Of a stretch of 64,000 nucleotides of DNA, positions 29,516 to 39,367 are shown in pieces; the stretch's first letter is position 1; each line of letters opens with the position of its first letter. The DNA is from Candidatus Latescibacterota bacterium. GTDB taxonomy: Bacteria > Latescibacterota > UBA2968 > UBA8231. The position numbers were made by a program, and so were the translations under genes. The stretch is from contig OZ242005.1 in the NCBI GenBank assembly GCA_965204725.1, forward strand, positions 2,752,001 to 2,816,000, written 5' to 3'. The notes under the pieces are model-generated. The model was given only the letters and a program-made list of their open reading frames with translations, searched no databases and was not told where the DNA came from.

Positions 29516-30916
29516 TTAACCCGCTGGGCCAAGATCAGCAAGTACCAGCCGTTTGAACAGGTCGCCGCGCTCGGCGTAACTGGCAAACTGATCGAAGCTG
29601 GCGCAGGCCGGCGAAAGCAGCACCACGTCGCCGGTTTGCGCCCAGCGCCGAGCGGTGGCGAGGGCTTGGGGTAAGTCGCGGCAGAAATGGGCGATCTCGC
29701 CCGCACCCGCCCGCTCAACGGACGCGGCAATGCGCGGGGCCTCTTGGCCGATCAGCAGCGCGGCGCGCACCCGGCCCGCGGCAATCGCAGCACCCAAGGC
29801 GCTGAAGTCGGCCCCTTTTGAAGCGCCGCCCGCAATCAGCAGCAAGGGCGCGTCAAAGGCGCGGAGGGCCGCACAGGCCGCATCGACCGTCGTGGCCAGC
29901 GAGTCGTTGTAATAGGTGACGCCGGCGCGCTCGGCCACGTATTCGAGGCGGTGGGGCAGGCCCGTAAAGGCGCGGAGGGCCGCGGCAAAGCGGGTCGGTG
30001 GCGCGCCAAAAGCCAAAGCACCGGCTACGGCCGCGACCGCGTTGGTCCAATTGTGTTGGCCCCGGAGCGGCAAGTCGGCTACGGGGCAAATGGCTGTGGG
30101 CCGCGCCCCGGGCCGGCCGGCCCACAACTGGCCGTTGGCAATCCACGCGCCCGGTGCGCTCGGGGCGGTTGCGCTAAAGGCCCAAAGGGCGGCTGAACTC
30201 TCGGCGGCAAAGGCCCGGGCCGTGGGGCAGTCCCGATGGACAATGAGAATATCGCCGGGCGTTTGGTCGCGGCACACGGGTTTTTTAGCGGCGACGTATT
30301 CGGCGCGGTCCGCGTGGTAGTCAAGGTGGTCCTCAGCGATGGAGAGCACCACGGCGATGTGGGGGCTTTGGTCGAGGTCTTGCAGTTGAAAGCTGGACAG
30401 CTCTAGGACCACGCGGTCAGTCGGCTGCAACTCGTCGATGAATTCGAGCGGCGGCCGGCCGATGTTGCCGCCACTAAACACCCGGGCGGCGGGGTCGGTC
30501 GCCAAGAGCGCGTGTAGCAGCGCAGTCGTGGTGCCTTTGCCCTTGGTGCCGGTGACGCCGAGTACGGGCGCGGGGCATAGCTGTAAAAAGAGCCGAGTCT
30601 GGCTCGATATTTCAACGCCGCAACGCCGCGCAGCGTGTAGGCGCGGGTGCAGCGTCGGCAGGCCCGGGGTGCGGAACAGCAAGTCGAAGTCGGTGAGGTC
30701 GTCGAGGTAGTGTGCGCCAATGCGCCATTGTTGGACGCCCGCCACCGGCATGGTCGGGGCTTGCGCATCGCACACGGAAAAGGAGATCTGGTGCGCGTGG
30801 AGAAAGCGGGCTAGGGCGCGGTTTTCTACGCCGAGGCCGAGGAGGGCAATGCGCCGCTGGTCTAGGCGTTGGATCGCGCTTGACTGTTGGGGGCGTGGAG
30901 ATTTTTTTAGCACCAT
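29516..30916 (-). CDS. murD: UDP-N-acetylmuramoyl-L-alanine--D-glutamate ligase
   Basis: GVTGTKGKGTT, GGNIG, LELSSFQL, DHLDYH, HRLE, NDS, LSPACASFDQF; start approximate. Confidence 0.93.
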   Translation of the reverse strand: MVLKKSPRPQQSSAIQRLDQRRIALLGLGVENRALARFLHAHQISFSVCDAQAPTMPVAGVQQWRIGAHYLDDLTDFDLLFRTPGLPTLHPRLHAARRCGVEISSQTRLFLQLCPAPVLGVTGTKGKGTTTALLHALLATDPAARVFSGGNIGRPPLEFIDELQPTDRVVLELSSFQLQDLDQSPHIAVVLSIAEDHLDYHADRAEYVAAKKPVCRDQTPGDILIVHRDCPTARAFAAESSAALWAFSATAPSAPGAWIANGQLWAGRPGARPTAICPVADLPLRGQHNWTNAVAAVAGALAFGAPPTRFAAALRAFTGLPHRLEYVAERAGVTYYNDSLATTVDAACAALRAFDAPLLLIAGGASKGADFSALGAAIAAGRVRAALLIGQEAPRIAASVERAGAGEIAHFCRDLPQALATARRWAQTGDVVLLSPACASFDQFASYAERGDLFKRLVLADLGPAG

Positions 30917-30938
30917 TGAAATCGCAATACGCGCTTTG

Positions 30939-31074
30939 CTTACTACACGACACCAGCCGCTATCCTTCCAAGGATCGAGGGCATCTTGCCCTTGTCGAGG
31001 GCGGGACGCCCTCGATCCCGGATTCATCGGGAGCACCAGAAAAGGCGTATTCAACGTAAGTGTCGTGTACTAAG
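30939..31074. mobile_element. MITE with 15-bp terminal inverted repeats and internal REP-like palindromes
   Basis: CTTACTACACGACAC ... GTGTCGTGTACTAAG (14/15 match); internal GAGGGCATCTTGCCCT and GAGGGCGGGACGCCCTC; partial second copy at 49355. Confidence 0.75.
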
Positions 31075-31123
31075 CGCGCTTTGATTAAACGAATGGCCGT
31101 AAATTAACGAGCGAGAAGGTGCT

Positions 31124-31501
31124 GTGGCTGTAACAATTATGCGTACGGTGCGGCCTAGTCCGCAATGGCAAGACAGCTTGATCCGCCTAGAGAGCGGCCA
31201 ACGGGTCGTGGTTGATGCCGAAGAAACGTGGTCGCCGGACATGCGCAATCAAATCGCGTGGTGCGGCGCCGATGGCGTGTACAACCTGCCGGCAGAATCG
31301 GGATACCTATTGCCGGGGGCGAATGTCGGCGCGCTCTTGGGCCGCATTGGCGACAACGGGCCGGTCTTTGCCCTAGGCAGCCGCTGCGATTTTATCGCCG
31401 ACCGCGCCGGCATCCTGCATTTAGCCATGAACGAAAACCCGAGCTTCAACAATCAAGCCGGCAAAATCGTCGCCCAAATCATCGTCTTTAGCAAACCATG
31501 A
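31124..31501 (+). CDS. Small beta-sandwich protein, LecA/PA-IL-like
   Basis: WQDS.I.L.SGQ, GALLGRIG, GILHLAMNE, NNQAG; GAAGG RBS. Confidence 0.55.
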   Translation: MAVTIMRTVRPSPQWQDSLIRLESGQRVVVDAEETWSPDMRNQIAWCGADGVYNLPAESGYLLPGANVGALLGRIGDNGPVFALGSRCDFIADRAGILHLAMNENPSFNNQAGKIVAQIIVFSKP

Positions 31502-32490
31502 TCCGCGCCAGCCGTGCGGTCGTTCCGCTTGCCGAAGGGGTCTGGCGCGTTGAGGACGCCGATGGCCGCAAAATAGTGGTCAAGCATCAGCTCTTTGGCC
31601 GGCTGACCCGCGACCGAGCCTACGATTTGCTCGAAGTCGAGCGCGAAGTGCTCGACATACTGCGCGCGGCCGAATGTCCGGTGCCGGCCTTCCTCGGCGC
31701 GGACCCAGACGCCCAGTGCATCTTCTTGCAATGGGTGGGCGATCGCCTGCTCGACGATGCCATTCAGGACGGCGACCACGCGGCGACGATGCCGGCCATC
31801 CGCGGGTTGTGCGCCATTGAGCGCGCCTGCGCCCAACGCGCCGACCAGCTAGCGCGGCGGGTCGTGCCGAGCGCCAACCGCGCTGCCCTCGCCGCCGCAT
31901 GGGACGAGGCCGGGGCGCGGGCACACGCTGGCTTTGAGCAGTTGTGCGGCCGTCTCCAGCGGCCTGTGGACGCGGGGATGCAGCCGCTGCTCGAAGCCAT
32001 CCACGGTTGGCTGGCGGCGCGGCCGGCCGCGCTGGGCAGCGTAGATTACAACGCGCGCAACGCAGTGGTCGAGCCGGAGGGAACGCGCGTTTACTTCCTC
32101 GAATTTGCCAAAATCGGTTGGGACTGGACGGAACGGCGCTTGACGCAGTATACTACTAGTATGGGCAGCGGCCGGCCGGATGGGCGCGTCCGCTCGCTGC
32201 TAGACGCGCCGGCCGCGCGGTTGTACGCCGAGGTATCCGGGCGCAGCGACGGGGCGCGGGCGCTCGATTGTCACCGAATTTTTTTTCTCCTCAACAGCGC
32301 GGCCCTGTTGTGCGCGGCCCTCGACGGCGAGCCGGCCGCGCTGGCCCTGCGCCAACACTGGAAAAGGCCCCTTGCGCGGCTGCGGCAATGCGCGACCATG
32401 CTGGCCGAGGGCCTGAGCACAGACCCAAGCGCGGCCGAGTTCAGAAGCCGGTTGCAGTTTTGTTTGTCACCACGCGGAGGTACTCTATGA
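31498..32490 (+). CDS. APH/protein-kinase-like fold protein
   Basis: IVVK, EREVL, PVPAFL, DYNARN, FLEF; ATGA-coupled on both sides. Confidence 0.6.
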   Translation: MIRASRAVVPLAEGVWRVEDADGRKIVVKHQLFGRLTRDRAYDLLEVEREVLDILRAAECPVPAFLGADPDAQCIFLQWVGDRLLDDAIQDGDHAATMPAIRGLCAIERACAQRADQLARRVVPSANRAALAAAWDEAGARAHAGFEQLCGRLQRPVDAGMQPLLEAIHGWLAARPAALGSVDYNARNAVVEPEGTRVYFLEFAKIGWDWTERRLTQYTTSMGSGRPDGRVRSLLDAPAARLYAEVSGRSDGARALDCHRIFFLLNSAALLCAALDGEPAALALRQHWKRPLARLRQCATMLAEGLSTDPSAAEFRSRLQFCLSPRGGTL

Positions 32491-32753
32491 GCGAGTGGAA
32501 CACTCTCGATTTTAAGCCCCGGGCCCGGGGCATAATCATCGGCGATATTCCTTGGCTAGCGCGCATCGCCGACAAGGCGCGGGCGCACCAGCAGCAACGC
32601 ATCGGCGACTATGTATTTCCCTGACCGGCCGACAAGCGCTTCCTGGAGGAAGTGGAGCTGACAGCCGCAGCATTCGAGGAGATGGTGGCCGCGTCCGACG
32701 ACGACGATGCCCTGATCGAAAAAATGAAAGCGCACTTGGCCGGAAAGCACTAG
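32487..32753 (+). CDS. DUF5069-like probable selenoprotein (88 aa, Sec46)
   Basis: GGAGG RBS; WLARIADKARA..IGDYVFP-TGA-PADKRFLE; frame stays open to TAG 1 nt before the next ATG; hairpin after the TGA. Confidence 0.75.
32637..32654 (+). promoter_or_regulatory. Putative bacterial SECIS hairpin
   Basis: CGCTTCC-TGGA-GGAAGTG, 12 nt after the in-frame TGA, with G in the apical loop. Confidence 0.55.
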
Positions 32754-32754
32754 C

Positions 32755-33642
32755 ATGAGCACCCCAGCGCAACCAGCACGCACGCCCAAGCGGAGAGTCC
32801 GGGAGATGGAGGTGGTCGTAGTCCAAGCGCGCCGTGACACCCCAGACACCACCACGCTCTTTATGTCCGCTGGCGACGAGCCGACCCCCTATCAGGCCGG
32901 CCACTTCTGCACCATTGATCCGCATCAGTTCGGCGAGTTGGAGCACTTCACCGCCTATTTAGAAGATCAAAAGGGGCAGCGGGAAAAGCCGCGGGCCTAT
33001 TCCATGGCTTCTGCACCGCACGAGCAGCATCTGGCCATCACGATCAAAGAGGAGCGCTACGAGCGCGGTCAGACGCCGTACCCACCGCTGCTGTCGCCGC
33101 TTTTGACGTACTACATCCAAGCGGGCCGGCGGCTGGTCATCAGCGGTTTTACCGGGGCGTACACCTTTCCCACGGATGTCTGCGAGCGCGCCGAGCACAT
33201 TGTCCACGTGTGTGCTGGCAGCGGCATTGTGCCCAACCGGAGCTTGATCAAGGAGAGCCTGCACCGCGGCGACCCGCTCCGGCACACCTTGCTGTTTAGC
33301 AACAAGACGCGCCGCGACATCATTTACTACGAAGAGCTCGAAGCACTGCGGGCGCAGTATCCCAGCCAGCTCGACGTGATCCACTGCATCACCCGCGAAG
33401 ATCCCGTCGGCATTCGCGGTGCCCGCAACGAGCGCATCTCCGGGGAACTCTTGCGCGAAGTCGCGCCCGATCCGTCTAAGGTGATGGCCTATAGCTGCGG
33501 CCCGGGCATCACGCCCTACGAACGCCGGGCGGCCCGGGCCAAGGGCGAGGAGCCGGAGCCGCGCTTCGTCGAAAACATGGTCGCACTCTTGCGCGCCCAC
33601 GGGTTGGACAAAGGTCAGATCCGGCAGGAAAGCTGGGGCTGA
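32755..33642 (+). CDS. Ferredoxin-NADP reductase-like FAD/NAD(P) oxidoreductase
   Basis: YQAGHF, RAYSMAS, AGSGIVP, YSCGP, C-terminal ESWG. Confidence 0.85.
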   Translation: MSTPAQPARTPKRRVREMEVVVVQARRDTPDTTTLFMSAGDEPTPYQAGHFCTIDPHQFGELEHFTAYLEDQKGQREKPRAYSMASAPHEQHLAITIKEERYERGQTPYPPLLSPLLTYYIQAGRRLVISGFTGAYTFPTDVCERAEHIVHVCAGSGIVPNRSLIKESLHRGDPLRHTLLFSNKTRRDIIYYEELEALRAQYPSQLDVIHCITREDPVGIRGARNERISGELLREVAPDPSKVMAYSCGPGITPYERRAARAKGEEPEPRFVENMVALLRAHGLDKGQIRQESWG

Positions 33643-34599
33643 ATGAAGTTGATCGTGCAGATTCCCTGCTTTGACGAAGAGCAGACCCTGCCCGCTGTAA
33701 TTCGCGACATCCCGCGCCAAGTGCCCGGCATCGACCAAGTCGAAATTTTGGTCATCGACGACGGCTCCAGCGACCTCACCAGCGAGGTGGCGCGCGAGTG
33801 CGGTGCCGATCACGTAATTCGCTTCCCGCGCAACCGGGGGCTAGGGCAAGCCTTTAAGGCCGGTTTTGACGCTTGTCTGCGGCTGGGCGCCGACATCATC
33901 GTCAACACCGACGGCGACAACCAGTACTTCGGCGGCGACATTGGCAAATTGGTCGCGCCGATCCTCAGTGGCCGGGCCGACATGGTCATCGGCGACCGGC
34001 AGACGCAGGCTAAAGCCGACTTCTCCGCCCTCAAGCGCTACCTACAGGTCTTGGGCAGCCGGGTGATTAGCCGCCTCGCCGGCGTACAGGTGCCAGACGT
34101 GGCCAGCGGCTTTCGCGCCTTTAGCCGCGAGTGTGCGCTCCAGCTTTCGACCTTTGCCAATTTCGACCACACGGCCGAGCACGTGATCGAGGCCGGATAC
34201 AAAAATTTGGCCGTTGCTTCGGTCGCGGTCCGCACCAATCCCAAGACGCGCGAGTCGCGCCTCTTTTCCAACATCGGCAAGTTCGTCTTCAAGTCCGGGG
34301 AAATCAGTTTGCGGACCTACGCGCGCTATACCGCGCTCAAGATATTTGTTACATGCGGCGTTTTGACCTTTGTCGCCGGCTTTTGCCTCGGGGTGCGCTT
34401 TCTCTACTTCTTCTTTTTTACCGACGAAGGGGGGCTGCACGTGCAGTCGCTGATTTTGGCGGCGATCCTGCTGTTGGCCGGGTTTCAGATGTTTCTCACC
34501 GGGGTCATCGCCGATTTGATCGCGACCAATAGGTCCTTGCTCGAAGACGCGCTACAGCGGATCAAGAAGTTGGAATTGCGCGGTACGAGCCAAAAGTAA
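33643..34599 (+). CDS. GT2 glycosyltransferase (DPM1-like, C-terminal TMs)
   Basis: IQIPCFDEE, IDDGSSD, NTDGDNQY, SGFRAFSR. Confidence 0.9.
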   Translation: MKLIVQIPCFDEEQTLPAVIRDIPRQVPGIDQVEILVIDDGSSDLTSEVARECGADHVIRFPRNRGLGQAFKAGFDACLRLGADIIVNTDGDNQYFGGDIGKLVAPILSGRADMVIGDRQTQAKADFSALKRYLQVLGSRVISRLAGVQVPDVASGFRAFSRECALQLSTFANFDHTAEHVIEAGYKNLAVASVAVRTNPKTRESRLFSNIGKFVFKSGEISLRTYARYTALKIFVTCGVLTFVAGFCLGVRFLYFFFFTDEGGLHVQSLILAAILLLAGFQMFLTGVIADLIATNRSLLEDALQRIKKLELRGTSQK

Positions 34600-34605
34600 T
34601 TTTCC

Positions 34606-35589
34606 ATGCAGAGACCTGCGATTTACATAGACGGCCAAGAGGGGACGACCGGGCTGCGGATTCGCCAGATGCTCGCCGGGCGCGAGGATGTGGAGGTGTT
34701 GCTCATTCCACCGGAGCATCGCCGGGATCGGCGGGCGCGGGCCGAGTTTCTCAACCGTGCGGATTTGAGCGTGCTCTGCCTGCCCGACGACGCGGCCGCC
34801 GAGGCCCTCGCCTTGCTCGAAAACCCGCAGACCAAGGTCATCGACACGAGCACGGCGCGCCGGGTCCGTCTCGGGTGGGTTTACGGTCAGCCCGAGATTT
34901 CATCCGAGTGGGTTTACGGTCTGCCCGAGATTTCACCCGCGCACAAGGAACAAATTCGCCGGGCGCGGCGAGTCGCCAACTGCGGTTGTTATCCCGTCGG
35001 CTTCATCCTCGCCGTGCGGCCCCTCATCTTGGAAGAGCCGCTTTTGTTGCCAACCGCGCCGCTGACCATCAACGCAGTGTCCGGCTATTCCGGCGGCGGC
35101 CGCAAAATGATCGCCGAATACGAGGGAGCCGACGCCCCCAAGCCCTTCTGTCTGTACGGCCTCAATGGCGACCACAAGCACTTGCCCGAGATGTGGAAAT
35201 TCAGCGGGTGCGAAAAACGACCGCTCTTTGTGCCGTCCGTAGATCATTCGTTCTGCGGCATGGTCGTCAGTACGCCGGTGCCCGCGGAATTTCTCGGCCC
35301 TCCTCGCGTCACGCGCGAAGCCGTGTACGAGGTCTGGCGCGAGCGCTACAAAGACTGTCCCTTTGTGAAGGTGGTCGAGCCTCAAGCCGCTGTGCTGCGC
35401 GACGACAAGTTCCTCGACCTAACCGGGTTGAGCCATACGAATTTCGTCGAGCTATCGGTCTGGGGCGACCCGGACCAAGGGTTGGTTTTGGTCGGGCGGC
35501 TCGACAACCTCGGCAAAGGGGCGGCGGGCAATGCCGTGCAGTGCCTCAACTTGATGCTCGGTCGCGATGAAACCGCAGGGCTGCGCTAG
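34606..35589 (+). CDS. argC: N-acetyl-gamma-glutamyl-phosphate reductase, type 2
   Basis: IDGQEGTTG, ANCGCYP, SGYSGGG, LDNLGKGAAGNAVQ. Confidence 0.92.
   Translation: MQRPAIYIDGQEGTTGLRIRQMLAGREDVEVLLIPPEHRRDRRARAEFLNRADLSVLCLPDDAAAEALALLENPQTKVIDTSTARRVRLGWVYGQPEISSEWVYGLPEISPAHKEQIRRARRVANCGCYPVGFILAVRPLILEEPLLLPTAPLTINAVSGYSGGGRKMIAEYEGADAPKPFCLYGLNGDHKHLPEMWKFSGCEKRPLFVPSVDHSFCGMVVSTPVPAEFLGPPRVTREAVYEVWRERYKDCPFVKVVEPQAAVLRDDKFLDLTGLSHTNFVELSVWGDPDQGLVLVGRLDNLGKGAAGNAVQCLNLMLGRDETAGLR
34875..34935 (+). repeat. In-frame tandem duplication with 33-bp period inside argC
   Basis: GTGGGTTTACGGTC(A/T)GCCCGAGATTTCA at 34875 and 34908 (27/28 identical). Confidence 0.9.
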
Positions 35590-36339
35590 ATGCTCGTTGA
35601 TAGCCACTGCCATCTCGACCAATTTGCCGATGCCGACGCCGTCCTCGCCGACGCCGCCCAAGCCGGGGTCGCGCAGGTCGTCGCCGTCAGCCAAAGCGTC
35701 AGTTCCATGCGTGCGGTGCGCGCCCTCAAGCAGCGATACCCCCGCCAAGTGCTGGCCGGGCTAGGCTTGCATCCAGCATGGGTCACCCAAGCCACAGCCG
35801 CAGAGCTGGCAGACGGGCTTGCCTATCTGGCCGCGCATCTGGCCGATGCCGATGTCCTCGGGGAGGTCGGCCTCGATTACAAGTGGGCGGTCCATCCAGA
35901 GCAGCAGGCCCAGCAGCAAGACGTCCTCGCGCAGCAGCTCGATCTAGCCGCTCAATGCGGCAAGCCGATCAACCTGCACTCGCGCCGCGCCCAGCGGCAG
36001 ACCTTGGAACGGGCCGTGGAATTTCGCCGCCGCACCCAGCTCAACGCCCAGCTACACTGGTTCACCCAATCCAAAAAACTCGGGCGGATATGCCGTGCGG
36101 AGCGCATTTACGTCTCCGTCGGCCCGTCCGTCCTGTCCGACCCGCAGACCCAAGCCGTGATCGCGGAGCTCGACCGCGAGTTGCTGCTGTTGGAAACGGA
36201 CGCGCCCGTGCCCATCGGCGGGGAAGCGGGCCATCCGGCGCGGGTGGCCGCCGTTGCTACAAAACTAGCCGAACTCATCGGGTTCACCGCGGAGGAGGCC
36301 GCGGCCAATTGGGCACGTTATTTGGGCGAGCGGCCGTGA
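35590..36339 (+). CDS. TatD family metal-dependent hydrolase
   Basis: VDSHCHL, GLHP, GEVGLDY, LHSR, LLETDAP. Confidence 0.9.
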   Translation: MLVDSHCHLDQFADADAVLADAAQAGVAQVVAVSQSVSSMRAVRALKQRYPRQVLAGLGLHPAWVTQATAAELADGLAYLAAHLADADVLGEVGLDYKWAVHPEQQAQQQDVLAQQLDLAAQCGKPINLHSRRAQRQTLERAVEFRRRTQLNAQLHWFTQSKKLGRICRAERIYVSVGPSVLSDPQTQAVIAELDRELLLLETDAPVPIGGEAGHPARVAAVATKLAELIGFTAEEAAANWARYLGERP

Positions 36340-36404
36340 AAACGCGGCGGCTCTATCGACATTATGAGACATACTACAAGCGCAATTAAGTAACAGGAGG
36401 AACT

Positions 36405-38147
36405 ATGCCAACGAGCATTTTTGCCCTTGCTTGCGCCCTCGTCTTTTGCGGGCTATCCGGGACAGCAAGCGCCCAACAGGGCCTAGAAAGTTTGGAAAAT
36501 CTGATCGATCTGGGCGGAGGAGACGCCAGATTACAGGCCTTTTCCGCAGCCGACTTACCCGACCTAAATCAGGATTTGACTTCCGGTAAGGCTCGCCTGC
36601 CCGGCAGTTTGAACGTAGATAAGACGCGCATCAGCCAAGATCGCGACATAGACCCCGACGCGTACATCGTCGGCCCCAACGACGTATTGCAGCTCTACAT
36701 CTGGGGCGAATTCGACCAACCCTACACGCTACAGATCGATCCAGAGGGAAAGGTCCTCATCCCCACCGTCGGTTCGTTTCACATTTCGGGCCTGTCGCTG
36801 ACCGCGGCCAAAGAACGCCTCTCAGCCGCAGTCCAAAACAAGTATCCCAACGTGGAAATCAGCATCTCGCTCGTGAGCATGCGCTTCTTCACCGCGTACG
36901 TCACCGGCGCGGTGGTGAACGAGGGCAGTTTCACCATTCATCCGACCACGCGGGTTGCGAATATAATCAAGCAGGCCGGCGGCTTTAGGGACCGGTTGCA
37001 GGGCCAAGGCGTCGAAGAGCAAATCCTGCGCCCCAACCGCGACACGGGCCGGCGCTCCATCAAGGTGTTCCACCGCGACGGCACGGTCGAGCGCGTGGAC
37101 CTCGACATGTTCCTCGCCACCGGCGACCTCGCGCACAATCCCTACGTACGCATGGGCGACGTGGTCCACGTCGCGTTCCGCGACCATTCGGTGTACATCT
37201 TCGGCGCGGTCAACCAAGAGGGCGAATACGAGTTTCTACCCGGGGATACCCTCGGCGACTTAGTGACATTGGCCAAGGGGTTGCGCCACTCCAAGCCGCT
37301 GATCAGTGCTGAGCTCTGGCGCTTTCAGGAGGGGACCGATCAGGCCGAATTCATCGAGTTGAGCGGCGACAAAGAGACGCTGGCGGAGCTGGACTACGAA
37401 AAAATCCGCCACCTTGAGCTGCGCCCCAACGACGCGGTCTTCATCCGAGCGCAGTCCCTGTGGCAGTCCACGCACACGGTCGCGATCTCGGGCGAGGTGC
37501 GGTTCCAAGGCCGCTACCGCATCGAACCCGGTGTCACCCGCATCAAGGACGTGGTGGCAGCGGCCGGCGGCCTAACCGACGAGGCGTCGCTCATTGGCGC
37601 CCGAGTGATTCGCACTCGGGTCCGGGCTGAGAGCGACCCGCAGCTAGAGCAACTAAAAAGACAGAGCGAGGTGGCGGGCCTCACGTACATGAACATCGAG
37701 GATCGGGCTTATCTCAAAACCAAAACCCGCGAGGAAAAGGGGCGGGTCGCGGTCGATTTCGAGCGGTTGTTTATCGAGGGCGACGAGGGGCAAAACATCC
37801 TACTCGCCAGCGGCGACGTGATCTTTTTTCCCATGCAGCGGCACACCGTCAGCGTTAGTGGCCAAGTGGAGCGAGCCGGGCTGATCGACTACGAGATGGG
37901 CCGCGACGTGCGCTACTACATAACCAAGGCCGGCGGGTACTTGTACGACGCCGACAAACGCAATGCCCGCCTAGTCCGGGCGCGCACGGGCGTCCGCGAG
38001 AAACTCAAAGGCAACTTGATCGTTGAAGTGGGCGATGAAATATGGGTGCCCCAGAAGGAACGCATCAACTATTGGGCACTCACCCAAGAGACCATTCGCA
38101 CCGCCGCCAGCATCCTAGCCCTCGTCCTCGCAGTGCGGTCTCTTTAG
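36405..38147 (+). CDS. Polysaccharide export protein (Poly_export + SLBB repeats, Wza/KpsD-like)
   Basis: YIVGPNDVLQLYIWG, IDPEGKVLIPTVG, repeated V.GAV..G/AGG SLBB motifs. Confidence 0.85.
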   Translation: MPTSIFALACALVFCGLSGTASAQQGLESLENLIDLGGGDARLQAFSAADLPDLNQDLTSGKARLPGSLNVDKTRISQDRDIDPDAYIVGPNDVLQLYIWGEFDQPYTLQIDPEGKVLIPTVGSFHISGLSLTAAKERLSAAVQNKYPNVEISISLVSMRFFTAYVTGAVVNEGSFTIHPTTRVANIIKQAGGFRDRLQGQGVEEQILRPNRDTGRRSIKVFHRDGTVERVDLDMFLATGDLAHNPYVRMGDVVHVAFRDHSVYIFGAVNQEGEYEFLPGDTLGDLVTLAKGLRHSKPLISAELWRFQEGTDQAEFIELSGDKETLAELDYEKIRHLELRPNDAVFIRAQSLWQSTHTVAISGEVRFQGRYRIEPGVTRIKDVVAAAGGLTDEASLIGARVIRTRVRAESDPQLEQLKRQSEVAGLTYMNIEDRAYLKTKTREEKGRVAVDFERLFIEGDEGQNILLASGDVIFFPMQRHTVSVSGQVERAGLIDYEMGRDVRYYITKAGGYLYDADKRNARLVRARTGVREKLKGNLIVEVGDEIWVPQKERINYWALTQETIRTAASILALVLAVRSL

Positions 38148-38173
38148 CCAAAAATCCCAAGGAGCGCGACGGA

Positions 38174-39367
38174 ATGAATTCCCCCAAAAAAGAAATCGAC
38201 CTCATCGACTTGCTAACGGCACTCCACGCCGGCCGGTGGCCCATCATCGGCGGCACCTTGGCGGTATGCGTCTTGGCCGGTGGCCTCAGCTTCCTCCTAC
38301 CAAAGGAATACGAGGCCACCGTGCAAATTCTGCCGCCCCGAGAAGAGAAGCAGAGTTTTGGTTTTTCCAGCCTGCTCTCGTCCTTACCCATACCGACCTT
38401 GCGCCTCGGGGAACGGGGTACGCCTGCTGACATTTCGCTCGCGACCATCCGCAGCGAGACGACGCGGCGGCGGATGATCGAGAAATTCGACTTGATGCGG
38501 CACTACGAAGCGCGCACCCTGACCGACGCGCTCGAAACCCTCGCCGACAAAACCACGGCCGACATGACCGAAGAGGGCATGCTGGCGGTCTCAGTACTCG
38601 CCTCAGAGCCGCAGATGGCCGCGGATATGGCCAATTATTACATCGTCCTGCTCGATAGCACCAACAAGCGGTTCTCGCACAAGACCGCCTCGGAGCGCTT
38701 GAATTTCATCCGCGGGCTTTTGCAAGAAGAGGATCAAAAGCTAGAGGACAAAATGAAGCGACTGGAGGAGTTTCAGGCCGAGCACAACGCCATCTCGATC
38801 TCAGACCAAGCCCGCGCCGTGATCCTGACGGCCACCTCCATGCGGACCGCCGTGCTGGAGCTCGAAATTGAGCGCCAACGGCTCATTCAATCGGGGCTGG
38901 GTTTTGATCACGACAAAGTCAAAAAGCTGGAGCGCGAAATTCAACTGCGGAATGTGACCATGGATTTCTTGCGCGACGGCCTGCCGACCAACAACGGCGT
39001 ACTGCAAAACGAGGCGCTGCAACTAGATCTGGAGGAAGATTTTTTTCTGCCGCTCAAGCAGATCCCGGGCGTGGCCCAAGAGTACGCGACCCTCGAAAAG
39101 GATGTGCTCGTGCAGACGTCCCTTTTGCTGGTCCTGCTGCAACAGGAGGCCCAAGCCCTGATTGAGGCCAAGGACGCTACTTCAACCGTGCAAGTGCTCG
39201 ACCCGGCCACGCCGCCCGAAATCAAGGCAAAACCCCAGCGCGTGATGATCGTATTCATCGCGGGCCTACTCAGCCTTTTCGCCTCGATATCTTATGTGCT
39301 GGGGGCGGTGTACCTACAGGATCTGCGGCAGCGCTGGCGTACGCGGCGCGCGGCGATGGCGGTCTGA
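38174..39367 (+). CDS. Polysaccharide co-polymerase (Wzz/GNVR)
   Basis: EIDLIDLL, N- and C-terminal TMs, coiled coil, [15 protein letters not shown]. Confidence 0.85.
   Translation: MNSPKKEIDLIDLLTALHAGRWPIIGGTLAVCVLAGGLSFLLPKEYEATVQILPPREEKQSFGFSSLLSSLPIPTLRLGERGTPADISLATIRSETTRRRMIEKFDLMRHYEARTLTDALETLADKTTADMTEEGMLAVSVLASEPQMAADMANYYIVLLDSTNKRFSHKTASERLNFIRGLLQEEDQKLEDKMKRLEEFQAEHNAISISDQARAVILTATSMRTAVLELEIERQRLIQSGLGFDHDKVKKLEREIQLRNVTMDFLRDGLPTNNGVLQNEALQLDLEEDFFLPLKQIPGVAQEYATLEKDVLVQTSLLLVLLQQEAQALIEAKDATSTVQVLDPATPPEIKAKPQRVMIVFIAGLLSLFASISYVLGAVYLQDLRQRWRTRRAAMAV

Noticed and set aside
30917-31054. N-terminal extension of MurD in the ORF track
   Set aside because: Reads through the MITE; not MurD-like
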